From a bacterium (GTDB taxonomy: Bacteria > SAR324 > XYD2-FULL-50-16), in contig JAHJTV010000055.1 of the NCBI GenBank assembly GCA_018829445.1, positions 123,269 to 187,268 of the forward strand: a DNA stretch of 64,000 nt, in the 5' to 3' direction. Below are positions 27,006 to 37,052 of the stretch, in pieces (position 1 is the first letter of the stretch; each line of letters starts with the position of its first letter). A program made the position numbers and the translations under genes. Below the pieces are notes generated by a model that was not told where the DNA came from, made no database searches, and saw nothing but the letters and a program-made list of their open reading frames with translations.

Positions 27006-29537
27006 ATGAACAGCCCGAAAATACACATCGCATTTCGATTCCATGTCAATTTTTATCATTCCTATCGCGGGGATACACCTGATGAAAAGGGATTTGGGAA
27101 AGATATCCGTATCATTCGACACATAATAAAAACTCTTGATAACTTTGACCGGCAAGGGATAAATGTCTCCGGCACCTGGGATTGTGAAAATTATTTCTCT
27201 CTGGAAACAATTATTCCGGAATATTGCCCGGATATTATAGAAGATTGGAAGAGAAGAGTAGCCGAGGGTAGGGATGAGTTTCAGATAATGTCGTACAACA
27301 ACGGAATTATAAGTGCTCACTCTGCTAAAGAATTTGAAGATGTTATCAGATGGTCAATATCAAACAAGGCAAAATCTGGACTAAAGGATATTTTTGATTC
27401 ATTTGCGCCCATGGTCAGGCCGCAAGAGATGATGTTTACCCCGATCCATTTGAAATTATACCCACACTATGGCATCACCTCTGTTAGTCTATTCAATAGT
27501 GCTTTGCCCTTCAACTGCTTCAGTAATTTTGTTCCACCGCTTTCACTGGTACAACGGTATAATCCTTTGACACTTTCATACCAAGGAATAGAAGAGACGA
27601 TGACCTTGATACCGGCTTATAATACGGGCGATTTAGTAGACAACATTTCGCTGGCTCGCTGGGTAAAAAAGATTCGCAAACAGCAATTGGCATTGAAGGA
27701 TACTAAAGATCTGCTGCTGCTGATAGATATGGATGCGGACGATGAATTCTGGGTAAGTATGGATTACCCCATTGTCAAAAAGTTTTATTCTTCGCTGCAA
27801 GGGCTTGAAGGGATGATCAAGAGCCTGCAAGGATTGGACTACATAGTCTATACGACACCGGGCAGATACATAAAAAACCATGTTCCCGTCGGTTCAATTG
27901 AGATTAGGCAGGATACTGCGAACGGGAGTTTTGACGGAATGGCCTGCTGGGCTGAGAAATGGTCCAATCAACGGCTGTGGACCGGGATTGAGCGTTCCCG
28001 TATTCTGGAATTGCAGACATTAAGAATGTTGAAGAAGAACAGAAGCAAAAAACTTCGTAATGAGATTGAATCCTTTAGCACAAAATCATATGAACAACGC
28101 CTTCGTAGTTTTTCCACTACCCATTTTGGTTTGTCTTCACCCATTATGAATGTCTCCCGCATAAATGCTGCCAATTCCATTGTAAAGTCCAGTGTGGACA
28201 ACGCCTATCAAGCCTTCACAATTGTTAAAGAGGAAGTATACAAGAAAAACAGCCATCAGGATTTTTTTTCGATATTGGATTATGCCAGGGGGATAAATAC
28301 CGATATAATAAAATATCCGGCTGCCCCCTCCAAAGGATTAACCAAACTGACTCTGGAACTGTCCAGGGAAAAACTTTCGAATTTTACCTTAAAGGATTCC
28401 AAAGGAGATCCGGTGCCGTTTGACTTGGTATTTGGCAGTGAAACCAGTCGAACCAGAAAGGCAAACTTGTATTATATCGAGAGTGTGAAGGCTGAAGAGG
28501 AGAAAGAATACCAGCTTGATTTTCAAGGTCCCAGACTAAAAGAGAATGCAAACCAGTCAAAATTACTGATCGGAGATGATCTGCTTGAGAACGAAATGCT
28601 TTCCGTTCGGTTTGATGATGCTTATAATTTTGCAGGTCTTAAATATAAGGGTAATGATTTTATCGAAAGAAACATGTTGAACAGTGCAGTCACCTATGCA
28701 AAACATCGTTCCGAAGTCAAGGAATGGGAGCCGATCGACTGCCATCAGAGGGGAAATGGAATTTTAGGGGTAAAAAGAATGAAAACCGAGCTGCTACTTA
28801 AGGCGGCAGGTGGTAAAAAAGTTGAACTGAAGAGACAATTTAAGTTGGCAGCTGGCTTACCTTATCTGTATATTGATGTTGCAGTTAAATATCCTATTAC
28901 ACCTTATCAGAAATATAATGAGGAGAGGGCTGACAGGCTGGAAAAAGCCTGGGACGGCAACTGGATAGAGGTGATGCCCTGTGAAATCATCCCGAAGATC
29001 ATCGGAACAGATTTTAAACATTTAAGAGTCTGGAAACATAATTATTTCGGACATGTCAGCAACTATGATCTCAATTATGCGGATTTTTCTAAAAACGGTG
29101 AACTGGATTCTTTTAACAACCAGGTGACCTTCAGTTGGGTTGCAGTATCAGACGGACAGCGGGGGATTTTGATTGCCCAGACCGCGGACGCCCTGAGTTC
29201 ATTTGCCTTTTGCCCCATGAGAACAAGAAAAGAGGAGGAAAAAACCAGGATTCATTTGAACCCGTTTGGCAGCTATTATGGCAGGCAGTTTAAATATAAC
29301 ACTGCTTCAACCGGATTGGGAAAAGCGGCTGCTTTTATGACATTCAATCATTTAGATCCGTTTGCTCCCTCCTATAACGGTAAAAAACAAAGTTTTTCAT
29401 TGATGATTGCACCTTACGAAGGAGATGAACCTCCCAGTGAGATTCAGAACGACGCCCTGGCCTTTGCCTATCCTTACCTGGTCTTGTCGGACTCAGAGAT
29501 TATCAGTGAGCCGCCTCACAGGAGATGGCAAATCTAA
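27006..29537 (+). CDS. Putative glycoside hydrolase (GH38/GH57-like N-terminal barrel), function unknown
   Basis: 843 aa with AGGAG 5 nt upstream of the ATG. The N-terminus (IHIAFRFHVNFYHSYRGD ... GRDEFQIMSYNNGIISAHS) resembles the (beta/alpha)7-barrel start of the GH38/GH57/deacetylase superfamily. Family assignment is tentative. Confidence 0.5.
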   Translation: MNSPKIHIAFRFHVNFYHSYRGDTPDEKGFGKDIRIIRHIIKTLDNFDRQGINVSGTWDCENYFSLETIIPEYCPDIIEDWKRRVAEGRDEFQIMSYNNGIISAHSAKEFEDVIRWSISNKAKSGLKDIFDSFAPMVRPQEMMFTPIHLKLYPHYGITSVSLFNSALPFNCFSNFVPPLSLVQRYNPLTLSYQGIEETMTLIPAYNTGDLVDNISLARWVKKIRKQQLALKDTKDLLLLIDMDADDEFWVSMDYPIVKKFYSSLQGLEGMIKSLQGLDYIVYTTPGRYIKNHVPVGSIEIRQDTANGSFDGMACWAEKWSNQRLWTGIERSRILELQTLRMLKKNRSKKLRNEIESFSTKSYEQRLRSFSTTHFGLSSPIMNVSRINAANSIVKSSVDNAYQAFTIVKEEVYKKNSHQDFFSILDYARGINTDIIKYPAAPSKGLTKLTLELSREKLSNFTLKDSKGDPVPFDLVFGSETSRTRKANLYYIESVKAEEEKEYQLDFQGPRLKENANQSKLLIGDDLLENEMLSVRFDDAYNFAGLKYKGNDFIERNMLNSAVTYAKHRSEVKEWEPIDCHQRGNGILGVKRMKTELLLKAAGGKKVELKRQFKLAAGLPYLYIDVAVKYPITPYQKYNEERADRLEKAWDGNWIEVMPCEIIPKIIGTDFKHLRVWKHNYFGHVSNYDLNYADFSKNGELDSFNNQVTFSWVAVSDGQRGILIAQTADALSSFAFCPMRTRKEEEKTRIHLNPFGSYYGRQFKYNTASTGLGKAAAFMTFNHLDPFAPSYNGKKQSFSLMIAPYEGDEPPSEIQNDALAFAYPYLVLSDSEIISEPPHRRWQI

Positions 29538-29630
29538 AATGTATGTAATGTAATAAAAAGATGGTTATACAGGATGAGATATGGAAGGTGTGGACTTCAG
29601 GACCTGTCAGGCTCTTGCTGCCCTGTTTGG

Positions 29631-30080
29631 TTAAGTGTCCATCAATGCTTCCAGAATCTTTCGCTCCGTCGGACTGGGCAATATTCCGGTCAGTGTTGCC
29701 TCAATCACTGTTTCCCGGTTTGAGTTTTCAAAGCGAATCTCGGCAGTTGCACGATCTTGTTCATCAATACTGGTGATGGTGAAATGGCAGGTTACTGTTT
29801 CCCCGACATATACCGGTTTTTTAAATTGGATATCCATTCCGGCTGCCAACCAACCGATCTGTCCGCCAATCTCTGTCAGCATGGAAGCAACCAGCATCCC
29901 GTGACAGATGGGACCCTTCATGTTTTTCGATTTAATGAATGATTCGTCACTATGGATGGGATTATCGTCCCTGGAAATCCTGGCGAAATCAGCAATATCC
30001 TTTTTTGAAAAGGTGCGGCTGATGGAAAAAGCAATACCTGCTTTCAGGCCCCGGACGGTTTCTTTTCTGATCTCAGACAT
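29631..30080 (-). CDS. MaoC-like (R)-specific enoyl-CoA hydratase / dehydratase
   Basis: 149 aa with hot-dog fold motifs (SRDDNPIHSDESF, ICHGMLVAS). Confidence 0.85.
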   Translation of the reverse strand: MSEIRKETVRGLKAGIAFSISRTFSKKDIADFARISRDDNPIHSDESFIKSKNMKGPICHGMLVASMLTEIGGQIGWLAAGMDIQFKKPVYVGETVTCHFTITSIDEQDRATAEIRFENSNRETVIEATLTGILPSPTERKILEALMDT

Positions 30081-30092
30081 TGATTATGTAAT

Positions 30093-31139
30093 TTACCGCT
30101 TCATGGAGAAACCGAAGGTATCCTTCACCAGCTTGGCCACATCTTCTTTTCTATGGCAAGCGGTAAGCTGACCGTTACCGACATCCTCCAGTTTTGGTAT
30201 TTCTGTCCTGCATCTGTCGATGGCAAAGGGGCATCTTGGATGAAATCTGCATCCTGCCGGTGGATTCAAGGGACTGGGGACATCGCCTTCCAGAACAATC
30301 CGTTTTGATCTTTTGTCGATATTGGTATTGGGAATTGCTGATAGCAGGGCCAAAGTATAAGGGTGCATGGGATTTTCAAAAAGATCCTTGGTTTGGGCAA
30401 CTTCAACAATTTTCCCCAGATACATTACAGCAATTCTCGAACTAATGTATTTTACCACAAGAAGGTGATGGGTAACAAACAGATAGGTCATTCCCAATTT
30501 ATCCTGAAGTTCCTTTAGCAGGTTTAGAATCTGAGCCTGTACAGATACGTCAAGAGCAGAAGTCGGCTCATCCAGTACGATAAAGTCGGGATTTGTGGCG
30601 ATAGCACGGGCGATGGCCAGTCGCTGTCTTTGTCCGCCCGAAAACTCATGAGGATACCGAAGCAGGTGTTGCCCACCCAAACCTACTGTATCCAACAATT
30701 TTTTGATTCGCGATTCCATCTCCCGACTACTCAACTTCACTTGCTCATTAATTGGTTCGGCAATGATATTCTTTATTAACATCCTGGGATTCATGGAGGT
30801 AGTAGGGTCTTGAAAAACCATTTGCAGTTTTCCTCGAATACCTTTTTGCTTCATTTTTCGATTTGTAAGGGGAACCACATCAATTACACTTTCTTTTCCG
30901 GCTTTGTTTTTATTGTGAAAAAGAATCTCCCCTTTGGTAGCTTCATGCAGTTTTACGATAGCTTTTCCGGTAGTAGTCTTACCACACCCCGATTCACCAA
31001 CTAACCCCAGGCACTCACCTTTCATAATATCCAGATCGATCCCATCCAGCGCTTTTACTGCATTAATCTGGTGGCGTAAAATCCCACCCAGGATAGGATA
31101 GTGTTTATAAAGATTTTTTAATTCAATCAGTTTTTCCAT
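30093..31139 (-). CDS. Oligopeptide/dipeptide ABC transporter ATP-binding protein (OppF/DppF-like)
   Basis: Walker [10 protein letters not shown], signature FSGGQRQR, Walker [12 protein letters not shown], and a C-terminal oligopeptide-type Cys motif (GCRFHPRCP). Confidence 0.9.
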   Translation of the reverse strand: MEKLIELKNLYKHYPILGGILRHQINAVKALDGIDLDIMKGECLGLVGESGCGKTTTGKAIVKLHEATKGEILFHNKNKAGKESVIDVVPLTNRKMKQKGIRGKLQMVFQDPTTSMNPRMLIKNIIAEPINEQVKLSSREMESRIKKLLDTVGLGGQHLLRYPHEFSGGQRQRLAIARAIATNPDFIVLDEPTSALDVSVQAQILNLLKELQDKLGMTYLFVTHHLLVVKYISSRIAVMYLGKIVEVAQTKDLFENPMHPYTLALLSAIPNTNIDKRSKRIVLEGDVPSPLNPPAGCRFHPRCPFAIDRCRTEIPKLEDVGNGQLTACHRKEDVAKLVKDTFGFSMKR

Positions 31140-31181
31140 TTTTGGCTATTCAACTAGGTGTTGATGAACAAATATTAAGGG

Positions 31182-32333
31182 TTAGTTAACTGCAAAACAG
31201 GCAACAGTGTGATTAGGGCCAACTTCCTTGAGTTCCGGAGCTTCTTGTTTGCATTGTTCCATTACCAGGGAACACCGCGGGTGAAATCTGCATCCTGTTG
31301 GAGGATTTACAAGGTTTGGAACCGTTCCTTCGATACTTTCCAGCTTTCCTTCGTTAGAAAATAGTGGCACCGATCTTAAGAGCGCTTTGGTATAGGGGTG
31401 TTTCGGATCCTTGAAAATCTCATTTACATCTCCGACTTCACACAAACTACCGGCATACATTACTCCAACTCTTTCACAGGTTTCGGCGACTACTCCCAGA
31501 TCATGGGTAATCAGTAAGATTGAAGAGATGACCTCTTTTTTAAGTTCATTTAATAACTCAAGAATCTGGGCCTGCACGGTAACATCAAGATTCGAGGTGG
31601 CTTCATCAGCTATCAGCAAATCCGGATTGCAGGCCAGTGCCATGGCAATAACGATCCTTTGCTTCATACCACCCGAGAGATTATGAGGATAACTTTTAAC
31701 AGTCTGTTCAGGGTCAGGGACGTGGAGTTTATCAATGATCTCAACCGAGCGCTTGAGGGCCTCCTTTTTCAGTCGCTTATCCCATTTCTTCAGGAATGGA
31801 ATTTTCTTAAATAACTTGAGAACAAATGCTTTCGAATCGCTTGATCCAACCCTGTAAGTATATTTGAGAAACTGTTTAATCGGGAAAAAAGTATGATCGT
31901 TGGGGGAATTGAGCTCATCAAGGATTTTCTCACACATCTCTTCCGCTACATGGAAGAGGAAGCTTTCCGAAACCTGATAGCCAATGCTCAGTATTGGATT
32001 TAAAGCTGCATTGGGTTCCTGAAAGATCATGGAGATATCTGATCCCCTGATACTACGCATATATTCTTCGGATTGTTGCAGCAGATCAACAACCACCTCT
32101 TTACCATTCTTTTTCTTGTGAAACAATACCTGACCACCTTCAATAACACCGGGGGATTGTACGATTCTCATTATTGATCGAACCAGAACACTTTTTCCGC
32201 ATCCGGACTCACCCACCAAACCGAATGTGGAACCTTTTTTAACCTCAAGGCTGATCTTATTTAATGCTTTTACAACACCTTCATAGGTGTAAAAATTCGT
32301 TACCAGGTCCTTGATTTCTATTAATGTTGACAT
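31182..32333 (-). CDS. Oligopeptide/dipeptide ABC transporter ATP-binding protein (OppD/DppD-like) with an internal insertion
   Basis: Walker A GESGCGKSV, signature LSGGMKQR, Walker B LIADEATSNLD, and GCRFHPRC. About 100 aa separate the Q-loop region from the signature motif, versus about 45 in E. coli DppD. Confidence 0.9.
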   Translation of the reverse strand: MSTLIEIKDLVTNFYTYEGVVKALNKISLEVKKGSTFGLVGESGCGKSVLVRSIMRIVQSPGVIEGGQVLFHKKKNGKEVVVDLLQQSEEYMRSIRGSDISMIFQEPNAALNPILSIGYQVSESFLFHVAEEMCEKILDELNSPNDHTFFPIKQFLKYTYRVGSSDSKAFVLKLFKKIPFLKKWDKRLKKEALKRSVEIIDKLHVPDPEQTVKSYPHNLSGGMKQRIVIAMALACNPDLLIADEATSNLDVTVQAQILELLNELKKEVISSILLITHDLGVVAETCERVGVMYAGSLCEVGDVNEIFKDPKHPYTKALLRSVPLFSNEGKLESIEGTVPNLVNPPTGCRFHPRCSLVMEQCKQEAPELKEVGPNHTVACFAVN

Positions 32334-32391
32334 TCGAAAATCTCAATTGAATAACGTTTTTGTAATTGGTGAACCTCATGCGTGGTAAGGT

Positions 32392-33297
32392 CTATTTTCG
32401 TCTGATTTTGGGGTCAAATGCATCCCTGAGAGCATCCCCGATCAAAGCCCAGGCGAGAACAAAGAGGACAATGGCGCCGCCCGGAATAATAATGGTGTAC
32501 CAGAATTTTAAAGGATCATCAGCAGGGCCCACGATATAATTCCTGGCTAATGCAACCATCTGCCCCCAATCCGAGTATCCTTTCGGAGCGCCAAGACCGA
32601 GAAAACTCATAAAAGCAGCTGTGAGAACCACCGATCCCGCTTCCATGAAAGCAATTACCATCACGGGATATATTGAGTTGGGGATGATATGTCGCCACAT
32701 GATTCGAATGTCCGAAACTCCCATGGTTTTGGCTGCCTGCACAAAATCCTGTTCCCGAACTGAAAGAATAGCAGACCTGATGACCCGGGGATAACTTCTC
32801 CAGGCAATACTGGCAATGGCTATCATGATAATGTCCAATCCCCGGCCGAATGACACCACAATGGCCATGGCCAGAACAAGAAAGGGGATGGCAAACACCA
32901 CATCCACCAGTCGCATGATAATTTCATCTACTTTGCCCCCGAAATACCCCGCCAGGGTACCCAGGATTACCCCTATTATAACAGCCGTAGTGATTACAAA
33001 CAGTCCAATTCTGAATGCAGTGCGGGTTCCCCAGATTATCCCGTAAAAAATGTCATACTGACCTTCGGTAGTACCGAAGATATTTTTTTCATTGGGTGGT
33101 TGGGGAGTAATGGTGTAACCTGCCCTGGGCATCATATAGGGGCGATCCAGATCCTTGGGTGGTGCAATATAAGGTGCAAATACCGCTATACAAATGAAAA
33201 ACAATAATAAAATGACCCCGATTATCGCTGAGGGATTTCGGAAAATTCTGTAAAGCGTGTATCGAAGTTCTTTTAATCTTGGGTGGTTTTCTAACAT
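32392..33297 (-). CDS. Peptide ABC transporter permease (OppC/DppC-like)
   Basis: 301 aa, multi-TM, with a BPD-transporter EAA-like region (VREQDFVQAAKTMGVSDIRIMWRHIIPN). Confidence 0.9.
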   Translation of the reverse strand: MLENHPRLKELRYTLYRIFRNPSAIIGVILLLFFICIAVFAPYIAPPKDLDRPYMMPRAGYTITPQPPNEKNIFGTTEGQYDIFYGIIWGTRTAFRIGLFVITTAVIIGVILGTLAGYFGGKVDEIIMRLVDVVFAIPFLVLAMAIVVSFGRGLDIIMIAIASIAWRSYPRVIRSAILSVREQDFVQAAKTMGVSDIRIMWRHIIPNSIYPVMVIAFMEAGSVVLTAAFMSFLGLGAPKGYSDWGQMVALARNYIVGPADDPLKFWYTIIIPGGAIVLFVLAWALIGDALRDAFDPKIRRK

Positions 33298-33312
33298 TTT
33301 TTGGCTGGGGGA

Positions 33313-34344
33313 TTAACTTAAACGAATTCTTGGATCGATATAAGCATATATTATATCAACAATCAGATTTGCCGTCACAAAAACAATGGCGAAAAAGAGA
33401 CACATACTCATTAGAACAGGCATGTCCAATTGAATGGCTGAGCTAGCCATCCACCAACCGATTCCTTTTCGATTAAAAATGATCTCAACGGCAATGGCTC
33501 CTTCCATCAAAGCAGCCACCAATTGTCCGGCAACAGTAATTACCGGTATTAAAGCGTTTCGCCTGGCATGTTTTAATATTGTCGTTTGTTTATCAACTCC
33601 CTTAGCCCTGGCGGTAATAACATAATCTTTAGACATCTCCTCCAGCATTCCGGAGCGCATGACCCGCATCAGCAGGGCGCAGATAACGACACATTCCGTA
33701 AGCACCGGTAAAACCAGGTGTTTTAATGCTTCAAGCGTCACATCCAAACGTCCGTTTAGAATGCCATCAACGGTAAACATTCCGGTATAGCGGATAAACT
33801 CACTGGTATTGCCATACACCAGCATACTTAACTCGTCGCCTAGAACCCCTGGAGGAAATATCCTGAAGTATCCGTAAAAAATCATGAGCAAAACCAGGGA
33901 GAACAAAAAGGTAGGCAGCGACCAGCCAACAATGGAAAATATACGGGTAAAATGGTCAACAGCTGTGTTGCTTTTCTGTCCCGCTTTCGTGCCCAGCCAG
34001 ACCCCGAATAATATAATGCAAGGCGACGCGAACAAGGTCAGCTCCAAGGTAATGGGAAAATAACGCAAAAACGCCCTCCAGACTGAATCAGAGGCAACCA
34101 GTGAATACCCCAAATGTCCCTTGCTGACCTCTTTCAACCACGTGAAATACTGTTTGTAGAAGGGTTGATCAAAACCATACTTTTTTATGAGAACAGGGAT
34201 GTTTTTAGATTGTTGTGGTGTGGTTACAAAAACCATAGCCCTTCGTTCAGGGCTGAATGTCATTTGAAGGCCAAAGATGATGAAGGAAACTCCAAACATC
34301 ACGAATACTAGAAAAATCAACCTTCTTGAAATAAATACAGCCAA
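33313..34344 (-). CDS. Peptide ABC transporter permease (OppB/DppB-like)
   Basis: 343 aa, TTG start, with N-terminus AVFISRRLIF and EEMSKDYVITARAKGV typical of the family. Confidence 0.9.
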   Translation of the reverse strand: MAVFISRRLIFLVFVMFGVSFIIFGLQMTFSPERRAMVFVTTPQQSKNIPVLIKKYGFDQPFYKQYFTWLKEVSKGHLGYSLVASDSVWRAFLRYFPITLELTLFASPCIILFGVWLGTKAGQKSNTAVDHFTRIFSIVGWSLPTFLFSLVLLMIFYGYFRIFPPGVLGDELSMLVYGNTSEFIRYTGMFTVDGILNGRLDVTLEALKHLVLPVLTECVVICALLMRVMRSGMLEEMSKDYVITARAKGVDKQTTILKHARRNALIPVITVAGQLVAALMEGAIAVEIIFNRKGIGWWMASSAIQLDMPVLMSMCLFFAIVFVTANLIVDIIYAYIDPRIRLS

Positions 34345-34472
34345 AATGCTACCTGGATGTGGATTCTTGGATTACTCTTAATAACGAGTCTGGAGAAGTG
34401 ATAATCGATTTGAAGGTATTAGAACCGCAGAAATGTTACCATTTCCGCGGTTCCGTTTAGGAAACGATTAGA

Positions 34473-36266
34473 CTAATTCTTCTTCATCAGTTTTAACAGA
34501 TCATAAGCATCACTAAACATAGGATTAGGAATAAATCCAGTTACGTTATCTCTGTATGCTTTAATCAGAACCGGCTGGTAAACACCAACAGCCAGAGCTC
34601 TTTCTACCCAAATATCCTGAAGTTCATAATAAACCTTCCTACGAATTTCAGGATCGGCATTCTGGATACCTTGATCACACAGCTTATCAACGTCATCATA
34701 CTTCACGCCCATATGTTTTCCATAAGCACCATTTGAATGCATGAAGGTGTAGAGAAAGTTATGTGGATCCGGGTAGTCAGCACCCCAACCAATAATAAAG
34801 ATTGGATAAAGCCCTTGGCGATACTTGACTGTATAGTCCTTCCATTCTACGTTACGAACTTCAATTTTAAACTTGGGATTCAAGGAACTGATGTTCTCTG
34901 CCATCATCATGGCTGCAGCTTCTCTCAGGGTGTTACCCGTGTTGTGAGTAATGGTCATTTGAAAACCGTTTTGCCACACTTTTCCACCATGGGCTTTCTT
35001 CATGTAAGCAGCTGCTTTTTCAAGATCGAAAGCCGGTAGGGGAACGTCTTTAACATAAGGAAGACCGATTACATTGGGGCTTCTTGGATTTTCAATCAGT
35101 CCGTTACCAACATCCTCTTTCATTGCACGGTAATCAACTGCGTGCTGGAACGCCTTTCTAACATTGAGATCCTTGAAGAAATCCGAAGGAATCCCGTTTC
35201 CATCCAGTTTTCCACTGCCAACGTCCGGATTGGCGGTCATGTTAATTTTTTGATTCATGAAAGCCATGGAAACTGAAAGCTGAGGAACCAGGTGAATCTT
35301 AAGACCGGGCATATCCTTAACTTCCGGATAATAGGTATTGTCAATGGTTACGATATCAGCATCGCCATTTTGAAGCATCAACTTTCGAGTTGTCCATTCC
35401 GGAACGTATTTTACAATAGCTGTCTTGATGGCTGGTTTGGGTCCCCAGTAATCATCAAATCTTTCGAATACGAATTCACTGGACTTCTCCCAGTTTTTCA
35501 ACTTATAAGCACCCGTTCCATTTTCAATGTTTTGGAGGGGTTCCTTATTAAAATCAGGTCCGTTAAATTTTTCAGCTGATTCAAGTTTTCCATCCCAGGC
35601 ATTATTGGCAATCGCCCACTTTTTACTGACTATCGAATTGGATGTATACTGCATTATTCCCATCAGGGGTGGGTAGGCAGCTGGCAGTGAGATAACAACT
35701 TTATTACCGTCAACTTTTACAGCATCCAGAATCTTTTTGAAAACACCGGGAATGATCTTTCCATCTTCTCTGGTTCCACCATAACCTGTCACAGCTTCCA
35801 ACATCATCCAGGAGGGGCCGCCTTCCTGATCAACGACCATACCACGCTCGATTGAATATTCAACGTCTTCCGGTGTCATTATGTCACCGTTATGGAACTT
35901 GACGCCACTGCGAATTTCGAAGGTGTAGGTTTTCCCGTCTTTAGAAATGCCACCGTTTGCAACAGTTGGAACTTTGGTTGCCAGCAATGGGCGAAAATTT
36001 TCGGTTGATTCACCATCAAACTCAATCAAACATTCATAAAGATTATAAAGGCGCATACCACTGCTGGTATCATATGCAACTGCAGGGTCCAGGGTACGAA
36101 CTGTTCCGTAGGTTGCCTTAACAAATACATCTTTGTTGCCACCTTTTGCTTCACTTTTCTGCTGTACTACTTCCTCTTTTGCAGCCGACTCTTCTTTGGA
36201 CTTTTCGCAACCGCTCATAAGAACCATCGATAAAGCCACGGCAATGAAAAAATAGAATTTTCTCAT
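34473..36266 (-). CDS. ABC transporter substrate-binding lipoprotein, family 5 (peptide/nickel type)
   Basis: 597 aa with a lipobox (LMSGC) and family-5 SBP features throughout. Confidence 0.9.
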   Translation of the reverse strand: MRKFYFFIAVALSMVLMSGCEKSKEESAAKEEVVQQKSEAKGGNKDVFVKATYGTVRTLDPAVAYDTSSGMRLYNLYECLIEFDGESTENFRPLLATKVPTVANGGISKDGKTYTFEIRSGVKFHNGDIMTPEDVEYSIERGMVVDQEGGPSWMMLEAVTGYGGTREDGKIIPGVFKKILDAVKVDGNKVVISLPAAYPPLMGIMQYTSNSIVSKKWAIANNAWDGKLESAEKFNGPDFNKEPLQNIENGTGAYKLKNWEKSSEFVFERFDDYWGPKPAIKTAIVKYVPEWTTRKLMLQNGDADIVTIDNTYYPEVKDMPGLKIHLVPQLSVSMAFMNQKINMTANPDVGSGKLDGNGIPSDFFKDLNVRKAFQHAVDYRAMKEDVGNGLIENPRSPNVIGLPYVKDVPLPAFDLEKAAAYMKKAHGGKVWQNGFQMTITHNTGNTLREAAAMMMAENISSLNPKFKIEVRNVEWKDYTVKYRQGLYPIFIIGWGADYPDPHNFLYTFMHSNGAYGKHMGVKYDDVDKLCDQGIQNADPEIRRKVYYELQDIWVERALAVGVYQPVLIKAYRDNVTGFIPNPMFSDAYDLLKLMKKN

Positions 36267-37052
36267 CTTTTCTCCTTTTCAGTTAAATAAAAAAATCACA
36301 GGTATGACGCAACTTTGTCGAGAGTTGGCCAAATTCAGGGTTTACAGCCCTAATCCCGGTGGATATCGCGTTTATTTAATGTCATTTTAAACAAAAAGTC
36401 AACTGATTGCGCCGTAAAATTTTGGTTTTATCCTTTTGGTGCAAATAGGTTCATATCAGGCTTTATTGAAAGAATTGAAATTACTTTAAATATGCAATCC
36501 AAAAAAAAAGATACAAAACAATTGAATTATGTAAAAAATTTAAAAAAGTTTTCGAATATCGAAGTTTCTATTAATAAGAACAGATATCGGATTTTTTATA
36601 CACGGTTGGAAACGATTGAATGTAAAAATAATTACTCCTTTTAATCCAATAAACGCTAAGATATAAAATATAACATATTGTAAAAATAAACTTTTGCCAC
36701 ATGTATATTGGAAAAGAATAATGAATATTCTGATGCTTGTTTTATTCACTAAAACGACTGATAATCCCGATTAAAGGCTTTATTCAATTGATTAAGGGCT
36801 ATGGATCACAATCTTTTTTAAGTCCAAATCAGTTTAAAACTTGTTTTTTTATAACAGATTTGATTCAAAAAACACAAATTATATATAGGTTTGAGTTTTC
36901 CAAAAGGTTATTTCCCTGTTTTTTTTTTTGCACCTGGTAATATATCACAGACAGTATGCCTGGCTGACTTTAAAATTGATACCACATTAATGCTACGGAT
37001 TTTTTGTTCCGAATTGTTTTTTTAACGGTGGTATCCCTATAGATTGATTACA

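Noticed and set aside
36940-36985. A sigma-54-like TGGC...TTG string upstream of the FGE lipoprotein (similar weak matches at 5864 and 53366).
   Set aside because: The spacing between the GG and GC elements does not fit the TGGCAC-N5-TTGC consensus.
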